A stretch of 64,000 nucleotides of DNA from an uncultured Hoeflea sp. (GTDB lineage Bacteria > Pseudomonadota > Alphaproteobacteria > Rhizobiales > Rhizobiaceae), in the NCBI GenBank assembly GCA_964511625.1, contig CAZEJG010000006.1, positions 47,897-111,896 of the forward strand. Reading direction: 5' to 3'. Under the pieces are notes generated by a model. The model was not told the origin of the DNA. It saw only the letters and a list, made by a program, of their open reading frames with translations, and made no database searches. The first letter of the stretch is position 1, and each line of letters begins with the position of its first letter. The position numbers and the translations under genes are program-made. Of the stretch, positions 7,805-16,432 are shown one piece after another.

Positions 7805-8275
7805 TTAAACCGGCAGCTTGTCGGTGTTCTTGATCTCCTCCATGACCGCGTAAGTATGGGTTTCGCGGATGCCAGGCAGGGAGAGGATTACATCGGAGAG
7901 AAAGCTGCGGTAGGTGTCCATGCCGCGCACCCGCGCCTTGATGAGGTAGTCGAAGCCGCCGGCGACCATGTGGCACTCCATCACCTCCTCGGCCTTGCGG
8001 ATGGCCCGGGCGAACTCGTCGAACACCTCCGGTGTGGTGCGATCGAGCTTGACCTCGACATAGACCAGCATCCCGAGTTCGAGCTTTTCAGGCGACAGCA
8101 TGGCTTGATAACCGAGAATGTAGCCGTCCCTTGTCAGCCTCTTGAGACGTTCGGCCGTCGCGGTCGGCGACAGGCTGATCTTCTCCGCCAGTTGCAGGTT
8201 CGTCAGCCGCCCGTCGTCCTGTACGGCGCGGAGGATCTTGCGGTCGATGCGGTCCAAACTCTTTGCGTTCACCAA
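7805..8275 (-). CDS. putR: Lrp/AsnC-family transcriptional regulator, divergent from putA (PutR-type proline-responsive activator)
   Basis: LDRIDRKILRAVQDDGRLTNLQLAEKISLSPTATAERLKRL is the HTH, followed by an AsnC-type ligand domain. It sits divergently next to putA, as in other alphaproteobacteria. The track start is TTG, and a GTG 3 nt downstream is equally possible. Confidence 0.85.
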   Translation of the reverse strand: MVNAKSLDRIDRKILRAVQDDGRLTNLQLAEKISLSPTATAERLKRLTRDGYILGYQAMLSPEKLELGMLVYVEVKLDRTTPEVFDEFARAIRKAEEVMECHMVAGGFDYLIKARVRGMDTYRSFLSDVILSLPGIRETHTYAVMEEIKNTDKLPV

Positions 8276-8378
8276 AAAGCGCCTTTCAGATGGAGATTTT
8301 CCCCAATTCTATATCCGTAATCGGTGAGATAATAGATGTATAATCCTGTATGGTGTGAAAAACACGGGAGAGTTATTC
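8276..8378. promoter_or_regulatory. putR-putA divergent control region
   Basis: An AT-rich 103-bp spacer in a GC-rich genome. A perfect TATAAT hexamer lies at 8339-8344 on the + strand, but it has no good -35 at 16-18 bp spacing, as expected for an activator-dependent promoter. A GGGAGA Shine-Dalgarno lies 7 nt before ATG 8379. Confidence 0.5.
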
Positions 8379-11300
8379 ATGGCCATTGCCCGCCCCCAGC
8401 CGGACACCGATCACACCGACATCGCGCCTTTCCACGCGCCGCATGCGCCCGACGACGACAAGTTGATCAAGGGGTTTGCCAGGAAGCTCACGCTCACCGA
8501 ATCCCAGGAGCGCTCGATCGATTTGCGTGCCACGCGGATGATCGAGGCGATCCGTGACGGGGCCGGGTCGATCGGCGGTGTCGAGGACTTCCTGCGCGAA
8601 TACGGCCTGTCGACCCGCGAGGGGCTGGCGTTGATGGTTCTGGCCGAAGCGCTGTTACGGGTGCCCGATGCGCTGACCCAGGACAAGCTGATTGAGGACA
8701 AGCTCAAGGAAGGCCATTGGAGCGAGCACGAAGCGCATGGCGAAAGCTGGTTCGTCTCGGCGTCGGCCTGGGCGCTCGGCATGTCGGCGCGGGTGATCCG
8801 TCCGGGGGAAACGCCCGAAGGCGTGATGCGCGGGATGGTCAAGCGCATGGGCATGCCGACGGTCCGCACCGCGACGCGCCAGGCGATGCGGTTCCTCGGC
8901 TACCATTTCGTGCTCGGCGAAACCATCGAGGATGCGCTCAGCCGCGCTGCCAGGAACGAGGCGCGGGGCTATCGGCACTCCTTTGACATGCTGGGCGAGG
9001 GCGCGCGTACCCGCGACGACGCGAGGCGCTATTTCAAATCCTATGCCGACGCGATTGCCGCCATCGGCAAGGCGGCGAAGAAGATGAATGCCGGCAAGAA
9101 GCTGCCCGACCGCCCCGGCATTTCGGTCAAGCTGTCGGCGCTGCATCCGCGCTATCTGCCGGCCCATGCCGAGCAGGTGATGGCCGAACTGGTGCCCGAC
9201 GTCATCGACCTGGCACGTATGGCCAAGGCGCACGATCTGAACTTCACCATCGACGCCGAGGAGGTCGATCGGCTCGAACTCTCTCTCGACGTCATCGACC
9301 GGGTGTTCTCCGATCCCTCGCTCTCCGGCTGGGACGGCTTCGGTCTGGCGATCCAGGCCTATCAGAAGCGCGCGCCGGAAGTGATCGAACATATCGGCGA
9401 ACTCTGCCGCTCGAACGACCGGCGCATGATGGTGCGGCTGGTCAAGGGCGCCTACTGGGACACGGAGATCAAGCGCGCTCAGGAGCGGGGTCTCGACGAC
9501 TACGCCGTCTACACCCGCAAGGCCGCGACCGATTTGAGCTATCTCGCCTGCGCGCGGCAGATGCTCGACATGCGCGACCGTCTCTATCCGCAATTCGCCA
9601 CTCACAACGCGCTCACCGTCGCGACCATCATGGAGATGGCCGGCGAGTTGAAGGGCTTCGAGTTCCAGCGCCTGCACGGCATGGGCGAGGTGCTCTACGA
9701 CAGCCTGATGAAGACCAACGAGCGGGTGTCCTGCCGCGTCTATGCGCCGGTCGGCGGCTACCGCGACCTGCTCGCCTATCTGGTGCGGCGGCTTCTCGAG
9801 AACGGCGCCAACTCCTCCTTCGTGGCGGTCGCAGGTGACAAGAAGATCCCGATTTCCGATCTCCTCGAACGCCCGGCCCGGAAGCTCGGCCTCGACGAGG
9901 GCCGCTCGGCGCGCAACGGCAACATTCCGCTACCCGGCGCGCTTTACGACGGCCGGCGCAATTCGTCCGGCATCGAGTTCGGCGACCGGTACGAACTGGC
10001 GGAAGTGACCGAGGGCATGGCGAAGGCCGTGGACACGGTCGACGCCGTCCCGCTCATTCCGGGCCTCAAGCCGTCCGGCACGGCGCGAAAGGTCGTCGCG
10101 CCACACGATCCGAAGCTGACGGTCGGATCGGTGGTCTTCGCCACGCCCGACGAGGTGGAGCCGGCGATGGCCGCGGCGCTGAAGGGGTTCAAGGTCTGGT
10201 CGCGCACGTCTGCCGAAGCGCGCGGGGTCATTCTCGAACGCGCCGCCGACCAGCTCGAGGCCAATCGCGACCGGCTTCTGTCGTTGCTTGCCCGCGAAGG
10301 CGGCAAGACGATCGAGGACGGCATTTCGGAGGTGCGCGAGGCGACCGATTTTCTTCGCTACTACGCCAATCGCGGACGCGAGATGTTTTCCGCCATGCAA
10401 GTGATGCCCGGGCCGACGGGCGAGGACAACCGCCTCGGCTGGCGCGGACGCGGCGTCTTCGCCTGTATCGCGCCGTGGAATTTTCCGCTCGCCATCTTCA
10501 TCGGCCAGGTAACGGCCGCACTCGCTGCCGGCAATGCGGTGGTCGCCAAGCCGGCCGAGCAGACGCCGCTGATCGCCTACGAGGCGATCCGGATCCTGCA
10601 TGAGGCGGGCGTGCCGAAGGATGCGCTGATCTTCCTGCCTGGCGAGGGCGATGTGGGCGCGGCGCTGACCGCACATCCGAAGATCGGCGGTGTAGCTTTC
10701 ACCGGTTCGACGCAAACCGCCCAGGCGATCAACCGGACGCTTGCCGCCAAGGACGGGCCCATCGTTCCGCTGATCGCGGAAACCGGCGGTCTCAACGCGA
10801 TGATCGTCGATGGCACGGCACTTCCCGAACAGGTGGCCGACGACGTGGTGATGTCGGCCTTCCGCTCCGCCGGCCAGCGCTGCTCGGCGCTCCGACTGCT
10901 GTTCGTGCAGGACGACGTCGCCGACCGCATGCTGGAGATGATCGAGGGGGCGGCGCGCGAACTCGTGCTTGGCGATCCGATGCTCCCCTCCACCGATATC
11001 GGTCCGGTGATCGACCGTGACCAGCAGACCATGCTCGCCGACCACGTCGCGGCCATGCGCAAGAGCCAGAAGGTTCGCTATCAGGGCGAGGCGCCGGCCG
11101 AGGGTACCTGGTTCGCACCGACGATCGTGGAGCTGTCGAAGGCGGAAGCGCTCGATCGCGAGATCTTCGGCCCGGTGCTGCATGTGGTCCGCTGGAAGGC
11201 CAAGGATCTGGACAAGGTGCTCGACAAGATCGAGGCGACCGGGTTCGGCCTGACGCTCGGAGTGCATACGCGCATCGAGGCGCTGGTGCGCAAGGTCGTC

Positions 11301-11513
11301 GACCGGCTCGACACCGGCAACGTCTATGTCAACCGCAACATCATCGGCGCAGTCGTCGGCACCCAACCCTTCGGCGGCTCGGGGCTCTCCGGAACCGGCT
11401 TCAAGGCGGGCGGACCCAACTATCTCAGCCGTTTCGCGGTCGAGCAGGTGGTTTCTGTCAACACGGCCGCCTCGGGCGGCAACGCCAGCCTGATTGCGAT
11501 GGGCGACGGTTAG
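8379..11513 (+). CDS. putA: Bifunctional proline dehydrogenase / L-glutamate gamma-semialdehyde dehydrogenase PutA (short form without an N-terminal ribbon-helix-helix domain)
   Basis: About 1044 aa, with a PRODH barrel region followed by an aldehyde dehydrogenase domain (FTGSTQTAQAI, ETGGLNAMIVD, SAGQRCSALR). I prefer ATG 8379, which has a strong SD, over the track's GTG at 8355. Confidence 0.95.
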   Translation: MAIARPQPDTDHTDIAPFHAPHAPDDDKLIKGFARKLTLTESQERSIDLRATRMIEAIRDGAGSIGGVEDFLREYGLSTREGLALMVLAEALLRVPDALTQDKLIEDKLKEGHWSEHEAHGESWFVSASAWALGMSARVIRPGETPEGVMRGMVKRMGMPTVRTATRQAMRFLGYHFVLGETIEDALSRAARNEARGYRHSFDMLGEGARTRDDARRYFKSYADAIAAIGKAAKKMNAGKKLPDRPGISVKLSALHPRYLPAHAEQVMAELVPDVIDLARMAKAHDLNFTIDAEEVDRLELSLDVIDRVFSDPSLSGWDGFGLAIQAYQKRAPEVIEHIGELCRSNDRRMMVRLVKGAYWDTEIKRAQERGLDDYAVYTRKAATDLSYLACARQMLDMRDRLYPQFATHNALTVATIMEMAGELKGFEFQRLHGMGEVLYDSLMKTNERVSCRVYAPVGGYRDLLAYLVRRLLENGANSSFVAVAGDKKIPISDLLERPARKLGLDEGRSARNGNIPLPGALYDGRRNSSGIEFGDRYELAEVTEGMAKAVDTVDAVPLIPGLKPSGTARKVVAPHDPKLTVGSVVFATPDEVEPAMAAALKGFKVWSRTSAEARGVILERAADQLEANRDRLLSLLAREGGKTIEDGISEVREATDFLRYYANRGREMFSAMQVMPGPTGEDNRLGWRGRGVFACIAPWNFPLAIFIGQVTAALAAGNAVVAKPAEQTPLIAYEAIRILHEAGVPKDALIFLPGEGDVGAALTAHPKIGGVAFTGSTQTAQAINRTLAAKDGPIVPLIAETGGLNAMIVDGTALPEQVADDVVMSAFRSAGQRCSALRLLFVQDDVADRMLEMIEGAARELVLGDPMLPSTDIGPVIDRDQQTMLADHVAAMRKSQKVRYQGEAPAEGTWFAPTIVELSKAEALDREIFGPVLHVVRWKAKDLDKVLDKIEATGFGLTLGVHTRIEALVRKVVDRLDTGNVYVNRNIIGAVVGTQPFGGSGLSGTGFKAGGPNYLSRFAVEQVVSVNTAASGGNASLIAMGDG

Positions 11514-11595
11514 GTCGACGCTCCGGCGTGTCGCAACCGGCATGAAATTACGGACGGATCGGTGGTGCATTCCCCAGCGAACCGCTTTAAGTCTT

Positions 11596-11617
11596 CCCCG
11601 GGTGGCATTCTCCGGGG
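11596..11617 (+). promoter_or_regulatory. Hairpin in the fhs 5' leader that overlaps the Shine-Dalgarno sequence
   Basis: CCCCGG (11596-11601) pairs with CCGGGG (11612-11617) across a 10-nt loop. The right arm overlaps the GGGGGAG SD (11614-11620), which lies 9 nt before ATG 11630. Confidence 0.3.
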
Positions 11618-11629
11618 GAGACCAAAGAC

Positions 11630-13309
11630 ATGAGTGAATACCGGTCGGATATCGAAATCGCGCGCGCGGCGCAAAAGAAGCCGATCGGCGAGATCGGCGC
11701 CAGGCTCGGTATTCCGGGCGAGCATCTTCTGCCCTTCGGCCACGACAAGGCGAAAATCTCCTCGGACTTCATCGCCTCGCTCGACGACCGGCCAGACGGC
11801 AAGCTGATCCTGGTAACGGCCATCAGCCCGACGCCGGCCGGTGAGGGCAAGACGACGACGACCGTGGGTCTCGGAGACGGGCTGTCCCGGATCGGCAAGA
11901 AGACGGCGATTTGTCTGCGCGAACCCTCACTGGGCCCCAATTTCGGCATCAAGGGCGGAGCGGCCGGCGGCGGCCGGGCGCAGGTCGTGCCGATGGAAGA
12001 CATCAACCTTCATTTCACCGGCGATTTTCATGCGATCACCACCGCCAACAACCTGCTGGCGGCCCTGATCGACAACCACATCCATTGGGGTAACGACCTC
12101 GATATCGACGTGCGGCGGGTCAGCTGGCGGCGGGTGGTCGACATGAACGACCGGGCGCTGCGCCAGATCGTCTCCTCGCTCGGCGGGGCGCCGAACGGGT
12201 TTCCGCGCGAGACCGGGTTCGACATCACGGTGGCTTCGGAAGTCATGGCAATTCTGTGCCTGGCGCGCGATCTCAGTGACCTGCAGCGCCGGCTCGGCAA
12301 CATCGTCATCGGTGCGCGGCGCGACAAGAGCCCCGTCTATGCCCGCGATCTCAAGACCGACGGCGCGATGACGGTGCTCCTGAAGGATGCGATGCAGCCC
12401 AATCTGGTGCAGACGCTCGAACATACGCCGGCTTTCGTGCATGGCGGTCCCTTTGCCAACATCGCCCATGGCTGCAATTCGGTGGTCGCCACGCGCACGG
12501 CGCTGAAGCTCGCGGATTTCGTCGTCACCGAGGCCGGCTTCGGGGCCGATCTCGGGGCGGAAAAGTTCTTCGACATCAAGTGCCGCAAGGCGGGGCTGAA
12601 CCCGGCTGCCGCGGTGATCGTCGCCACCGTCCGGGCGCTGAAGATGAACGGCGGGGTGGCGAAGGCCGATATCGGCGCCGAGAACATCGAGGCGCTGACG
12701 GCCGGCTGCGCCAATCTCGGTCGCCATGTCGAGAACGTCATGGGGTTCGGCGTGCCGGTGGTGGTCGCCATCAACCATTTCGCCACGGATACGCTCTCCG
12801 AAATCGAGGCGATCCGGAACTATTGCGACAGTCTCGGCGTGGAAGCGATCCTTTGCCGGCACTGGGCGCAGGGCTCGGCGGGCATCGAGGAACTCGCGCA
12901 CAAGGTGGCCGAACTCGCCGAAAGCGGGCAGGCGCAGTTCTCGCCTCTCTATCCCGACAGCATGCCGCTGTTCGAAAAGATCGAGACTGTTGCGCGCAGC
13001 ATCTACCGCGCGGGCGAAGTCGCCGCCGGAAAGTCGGTGCGTGACGATCTCGCGCGCTGGGAGGAGCAGGGCTACGGCAAGCTGCCGGTCTGCATGGCCA
13101 AGACGCAGTACTCGTTCTCCGCCGATCCGGGCCTGCTCGGCGCGCCGTCCGGCCACACGCTGCCGGTGCGCGAAGTACGGCTGTCGGCCGGGGCAGGTTT
13201 CGTCGTCGCCGTCTGCGGCGACATCATGACCATGCCCGGCCTGCCGCGCTCGCCGTCATCCGAACGGATCGGACTGACGGCGCAGGGCGATATCGAGGGG
13301 CTGTTCTGA
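11630..13309 (+). CDS. fhs: Formate--tetrahydrofolate ligase
   Basis: 559 aa. Family motifs are [24 protein letters not shown] and a conserved C-terminal region. Confidence 0.95.
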   Translation: MSEYRSDIEIARAAQKKPIGEIGARLGIPGEHLLPFGHDKAKISSDFIASLDDRPDGKLILVTAISPTPAGEGKTTTTVGLGDGLSRIGKKTAICLREPSLGPNFGIKGGAAGGGRAQVVPMEDINLHFTGDFHAITTANNLLAALIDNHIHWGNDLDIDVRRVSWRRVVDMNDRALRQIVSSLGGAPNGFPRETGFDITVASEVMAILCLARDLSDLQRRLGNIVIGARRDKSPVYARDLKTDGAMTVLLKDAMQPNLVQTLEHTPAFVHGGPFANIAHGCNSVVATRTALKLADFVVTEAGFGADLGAEKFFDIKCRKAGLNPAAAVIVATVRALKMNGGVAKADIGAENIEALTAGCANLGRHVENVMGFGVPVVVAINHFATDTLSEIEAIRNYCDSLGVEAILCRHWAQGSAGIEELAHKVAELAESGQAQFSPLYPDSMPLFEKIETVARSIYRAGEVAAGKSVRDDLARWEEQGYGKLPVCMAKTQYSFSADPGLLGAPSGHTLPVREVRLSAGAGFVVAVCGDIMTMPGLPRSPSSERIGLTAQGDIEGLF

Positions 13310-13313
13310 CAGC

Positions 13314-13349
13314 AAAAGACCCCGCTGCCATGAGACAGCGGGGTCTTTT
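13314..13349. terminator. Bidirectional rho-independent terminator between convergent fhs and the TonB-dependent receptor gene
   Basis: AAAAGACCCCGCTG - loop - CAGCGGGGTCTTTT. The 10-bp GC-rich stem is flanked by an A-run and a T-run. Confidence 0.8.
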
Positions 13350-13372
13350 CATGCACTGCCGATGCGCGACGA

Positions 13373-15667
13373 TCAGAAGGTCTTGGTGACCGAGAGGCGG
13401 AAAGAGCGTCCGGCTTCGCTGTAGTAGTCGCGCTTAGCGTTCGAAACGCCATCCGGCACGCTGACCGCGTCCCAATAGGTCTCGTCGAAGATGTTGAAGA
13501 CGCCGGCCTGGAGCTTGAGGCCCTCGACCTGCTCCGGTTCCCACCAGAAGGTGGTGTCGACCAAGCCGTAGGAAGGTGCCACGAAGCCGCCGCCGTTGAC
13601 CTTGTCACGTGCTGCGGCCGCGGTGAGGGACACGTCGGCGCCCCAGTTTTCCTTCGCATAGCCCAGACCGATGATGCCGCGAAGCGGGGCCACGGAGTTG
13701 AGATATTCGTCGGTATCGGTATCGCGGCCTTCCGTCCAGGCGAGCGAACCCCAGGTGCGCCATTCGGGCGTGATGTTCCACTGGCCGGCCAGTTCGACGC
13801 CGTAGATGTTGACGTGTGCGCGGTTGGCGTAGCCGGTGACGCCGCCGACGGGGTATTCGCCGCCCGGCGGCTGAAGCGTCACGGAATCGATGAAGTTCCG
13901 GTAGTAGGAGTTGAAGATCGTCGCGGAGAAAGCGAGATTGTCTGTCTCGTAGTTGGCGCCGATCTCGAAACCGTCGCTGCGCTCGGTCTTGAGCTCGGGA
14001 TTGCCGACGCGGGCGTAGGAACCGGGTGCGCCGTAGTTCTCATAGAGTTCCGCTACCGAAGGCGCGCGGAAGCCCTGCGCCCACTGGGCGAAAAGCTCGA
14101 GATCGCTTGTGGCCTGCCAGGCAAAGCGCAGTTTCGGCGAGATGCCGAAATCGTCGTTATCCCGGAGGTAGGACGGATCGTAGTTCGGGCTGTCCTCGTA
14201 GGCAGCGGTCGATTTCGGGTTGTGGCTGAACCAGTCGAAACGGATGCCGGGCGTGATGGTGAGCCGATCGTCCATAAGCTTGATGTCGTCCTCGACATAG
14301 AAGCCGAGCACCATGCTATCGACGTCCGGCATGTCGGACGCATTGGTATGCAGGAAGCGACAGGACTGCGGGCCAATGCTCGCTCCCGGCCCAAAGGAGA
14401 ATTCCGGAATCGTCGACCAGTCGACGTCGGGACAATTGTCGACGCCCGCCGAATACTGGTGGGTCTTCTGCAGATAGGCCTCGCCGCCGAACCGGAGGGA
14501 GTGGAAATTGTTACCGATCGTCAGATCTTTCGAGCTATCCGCGGTCAGTCCGTAAGCCGTCTGTTCGAGAAGATTGTCGCGCCGGTAAACGCCATCGGGC
14601 GGGCCGTAATAGTAGTTTGGTGGCGTAAAGGCGGCCCGACCGTCTTCCAGACGAATGCCGTCAGTCGTGTTGTTGAGCTTCTGCTTCTGCCAATACAACT
14701 GGATGCTCGCCTCGTCGACCATGTCCCCATCGCCGGGGGACAAGAAGTCGTAGGACAGCGAGACACGCTTGCGGTCGACGATCTCACCGCTTTTCAGCGT
14801 TCCCGGCTCATACAGCTCGGTGCCAGTGCTGGCGGAGGTCGTTCCCAGCAGGTTGTCGATGTCCTCGTCGCGTTTGTACCATTCGGCGGTAATGCCGAGG
14901 CGATGGCCGCCTTCGATGTACTGATGGAATTTCGCGAGCACGTTGCCCTGATCGAAATCCATCGGATTGGCCATCGTGCGATCCGCCCCGTAGCCGCCGA
15001 TTGTGCCCTGATTGTCGCGCTCGTGGCCCTGCTTGTAGCCACCCTGAACCATGAACCAGCTGTCTCCGGAGCGAACCGCCGCGGCAGCCGAGCCGCTGAC
15101 GCTTTCATCCGCGCTGTCGTAGGTGGATTTGAGTATTCCACCGTAGGTCCGGCCGTCCTTGATCAGGTCTTCGGGATCCAGCGTCCTGACATTGACCACG
15201 CCGCCGAGTGCACCGGATCCATAACGGCTCGAATCCGCGCCCTTGGTGATGTCGAGCGCGGAGATGCTGTCGAAGTCATAGGCGTTGACGCCGCCCTTGG
15301 CGTCGTCGCGGGGGTCGGTGAGCCAGGGCTGGCGGATGCCGTCGAGAAGGGTCAGAACCCGGTTGTCGCCGAGACCGCGCAGATTGATGCTGTTCGTGGA
15401 TGCGTTGTAGTTCACGCCGGCGTCGACGCGGCGGGAAAAATCCTCGAAGGAGAGGACCTGCCGCTCGTCGAGCGTCTCGCGGTCGGTCGTCTTGGTCAGA
15501 GGCGAGGCATCGGCTGCTTCCCCTTCGCCCTTTACACTGATTGTTTCCAAGGCGGTGGTTCCGCCGGAGCTTGCGTCCTGGGCGAGTGCGCCGCCGGATT
15601 GACCGGCGAGAAGCGCGAGGGCGCTGCCGCTCGCGAGGACGAGACGCCAATATGACGATAGGAACAT
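13373..15667 (-). CDS. TonB-dependent outer-membrane receptor, heme/hemoglobin-type
   Basis: 764 aa with a signal peptide ending ALAQD. It has a TonB-box/plug region (ETISVKG), a FRAP box (GFRAPSVAELY), an NPNL-like box (GNPELK) and a C-terminal aromatic residue (TKTF). Confidence 0.9.
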   Translation of the reverse strand: MFLSSYWRLVLASGSALALLAGQSGGALAQDASSGGTTALETISVKGEGEAADASPLTKTTDRETLDERQVLSFEDFSRRVDAGVNYNASTNSINLRGLGDNRVLTLLDGIRQPWLTDPRDDAKGGVNAYDFDSISALDITKGADSSRYGSGALGGVVNVRTLDPEDLIKDGRTYGGILKSTYDSADESVSGSAAAAVRSGDSWFMVQGGYKQGHERDNQGTIGGYGADRTMANPMDFDQGNVLAKFHQYIEGGHRLGITAEWYKRDEDIDNLLGTTSASTGTELYEPGTLKSGEIVDRKRVSLSYDFLSPGDGDMVDEASIQLYWQKQKLNNTTDGIRLEDGRAAFTPPNYYYGPPDGVYRRDNLLEQTAYGLTADSSKDLTIGNNFHSLRFGGEAYLQKTHQYSAGVDNCPDVDWSTIPEFSFGPGASIGPQSCRFLHTNASDMPDVDSMVLGFYVEDDIKLMDDRLTITPGIRFDWFSHNPKSTAAYEDSPNYDPSYLRDNDDFGISPKLRFAWQATSDLELFAQWAQGFRAPSVAELYENYGAPGSYARVGNPELKTERSDGFEIGANYETDNLAFSATIFNSYYRNFIDSVTLQPPGGEYPVGGVTGYANRAHVNIYGVELAGQWNITPEWRTWGSLAWTEGRDTDTDEYLNSVAPLRGIIGLGYAKENWGADVSLTAAAARDKVNGGGFVAPSYGLVDTTFWWEPEQVEGLKLQAGVFNIFDETYWDAVSVPDGVSNAKRDYYSEAGRSFRLSVTKTF

Positions 15668-15825
15668 GGATTGACCCCCTGACAGAGCCGCGAGATGGTT
15701 GCGGATTGCGGCTCTTCGAACATGTGTGATGATCGGCTGGCTGTCGGGCGGAAGGCTTCCGCGCAGAGGGCTGGCTGGTTTGTAATGGACTGTCTGCGTT
15801 CGCGAAATGCGCAGTCTGTAACTGC

Positions 15826-15854
15826 CACATAAAAAACATGAGGAATTAAGTCAA
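15826..15854 (-). promoter_or_regulatory. Candidate sigma70-type promoter of the heme receptor gene, overlapped by a TGA-N9-TCA (RirA IRO-box-like) motif
   Basis: On the minus strand, TTGACT (15854-15849) is followed by a 17-nt spacer and then TATGTG (15831-15826), all within an AT-rich island. On the + strand, TGA (15839-15841) - 9 nt - TCA (15851-15853) overlaps the -35 and spacer. This is a low-information motif. Confidence 0.4.
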
Positions 15855-16004
15855 CATAAACTGGACGAACATGGTCGGTTCGGCGGCGGCACGAGTTCGT
15901 CCGACGTGACCTGTTGCCAAAATGCCGCGCGTTTTTGCCACGGTGCAGGAACGCGCGCTATTTTCTATCTGCTCTCCTGTGACAACCGCCCGAAGGATCC
16001 CGCC

Positions 16005-16214
16005 ATGACCGATTTTGCACTTTCCACCGATCACGATGTCTCCGCCGATGCCGAATACGAGGCCGGCGTCCGCCAGATTTCGCTGTTCTTCGCCGCCGTC
16101 ATCGCGCTGGCCGTCGGTTCGACGGTGGTCTTCGGTTTCGCCGGGCTGATCACCTTCTTCGTCGCGGCCGCCGCGGTGATGCTTGTGACGCTGGTGGTCT
16201 TGACCCTCGGCTGA
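16005..16214 (+). CDS. Small membrane protein (69 aa), hypothetical
   Basis: An internal ATG of track ORF 15906-16214, with AAGGA 8 nt upstream. One or two hydrophobic helices are present (ISLFFAAVIALAVGSTVVFGFAGLITFFVAAAAVMLVTLVVL). G/C bias at codon position 3 is strong. Confidence 0.6.
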   Translation: MTDFALSTDHDVSADAEYEAGVRQISLFFAAVIALAVGSTVVFGFAGLITFFVAAAAVMLVTLVVLTLG

Positions 16215-16273
16215 GCCGCCGTCACGCTCGATCCATCTTGCGCGCGACCGGCGGTTTCGCTAAGGAGAACGCC

Positions 16274-16318
16274 ATGACTATTTGCGCACAGAACATGAAC
16301 TGGTGGTGGACCCGCTGA
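16274..16318 (+). CDS. trpL: Tryptophan leader peptide (14 aa, MTICAQNMNWWWTR)
   Basis: AAGGAG lies 6 nt upstream of the ATG. Three consecutive TGG codons occupy 16301-16309. The ORF sits immediately upstream of an attenuator hairpin and trpE(G). It is too short to appear in the ORF track. Confidence 0.85.
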   Translation: MTICAQNMNWWWTR

Positions 16319-16355
16319 AGGCGGTGCTGACCACGCATGTGTGCATGATCAACAA

Positions 16356-16387
16356 GCCGCCCGGAACAGGTCCAGGCGGCTTTTTTG
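16356..16387 (+). terminator. trp attenuator terminator
   Basis: GCCGCC (16356-16361) pairs with GGCGGC (16375-16380), followed by TTTTTTG. The alternative pairing of GGCGG (16320-16324) with CCGCC (16357-16361) would act as an antiterminator. Confidence 0.85.
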
Positions 16388-16432
16388 TTTCGGCCGTCCG
16401 GAGAGAACCTGACGGGCGAAACGGAGGGTGAC

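Noticed and set aside
9930-11570. Long antisense ORFs opposite putA and fhs: 9930-11570 and 8655-9677 on the minus strand, and 11927-13156 on the minus strand.
   Set aside because: They lie opposite genes with unambiguous family motifs (PutA, Fhs). Their translations are Arg/Asp/His-rich nonsense with no domains. They are open only because stop codons are rare in GC-rich antisense frames.
11514-11629. ZTP (pfl-motif) or THF riboswitch upstream of fhs, a classic target gene for these classes.
   Set aside because: I looked for the conserved ZTP cores as I remember them: GACUGGCG, the GGUGG...CCACC helix followed by GGGGAGC, and the 3' CCGCCUGGGCA pseudoknot strand. I found only loose resemblances (GAUCGGUG, CCGGGUGGCA). 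That is not enough to call a riboswitch, and an Rfam scan would settle it.
13814-15655. 613-aa + strand ORF antisense to the TonB-dependent receptor.
   Set aside because: The minus-strand product has a signal peptide, a plug, FRAP/NPEL boxes and a terminal Phe. The + strand ORF has no recognisable features and is a shadow frame.
15906-16214. The small ORF next to the heme receptor as the HmuP/HemP heme-uptake regulator; also the full 102-aa track ORF starting at 15906.
   Set aside because: The product is a hydrophobic membrane peptide, not the soluble basic HemP-type protein. The first 33 codons of the track ORF lack an SD and coding-like bias, whereas ATG 16005 has AAGGA upstream.
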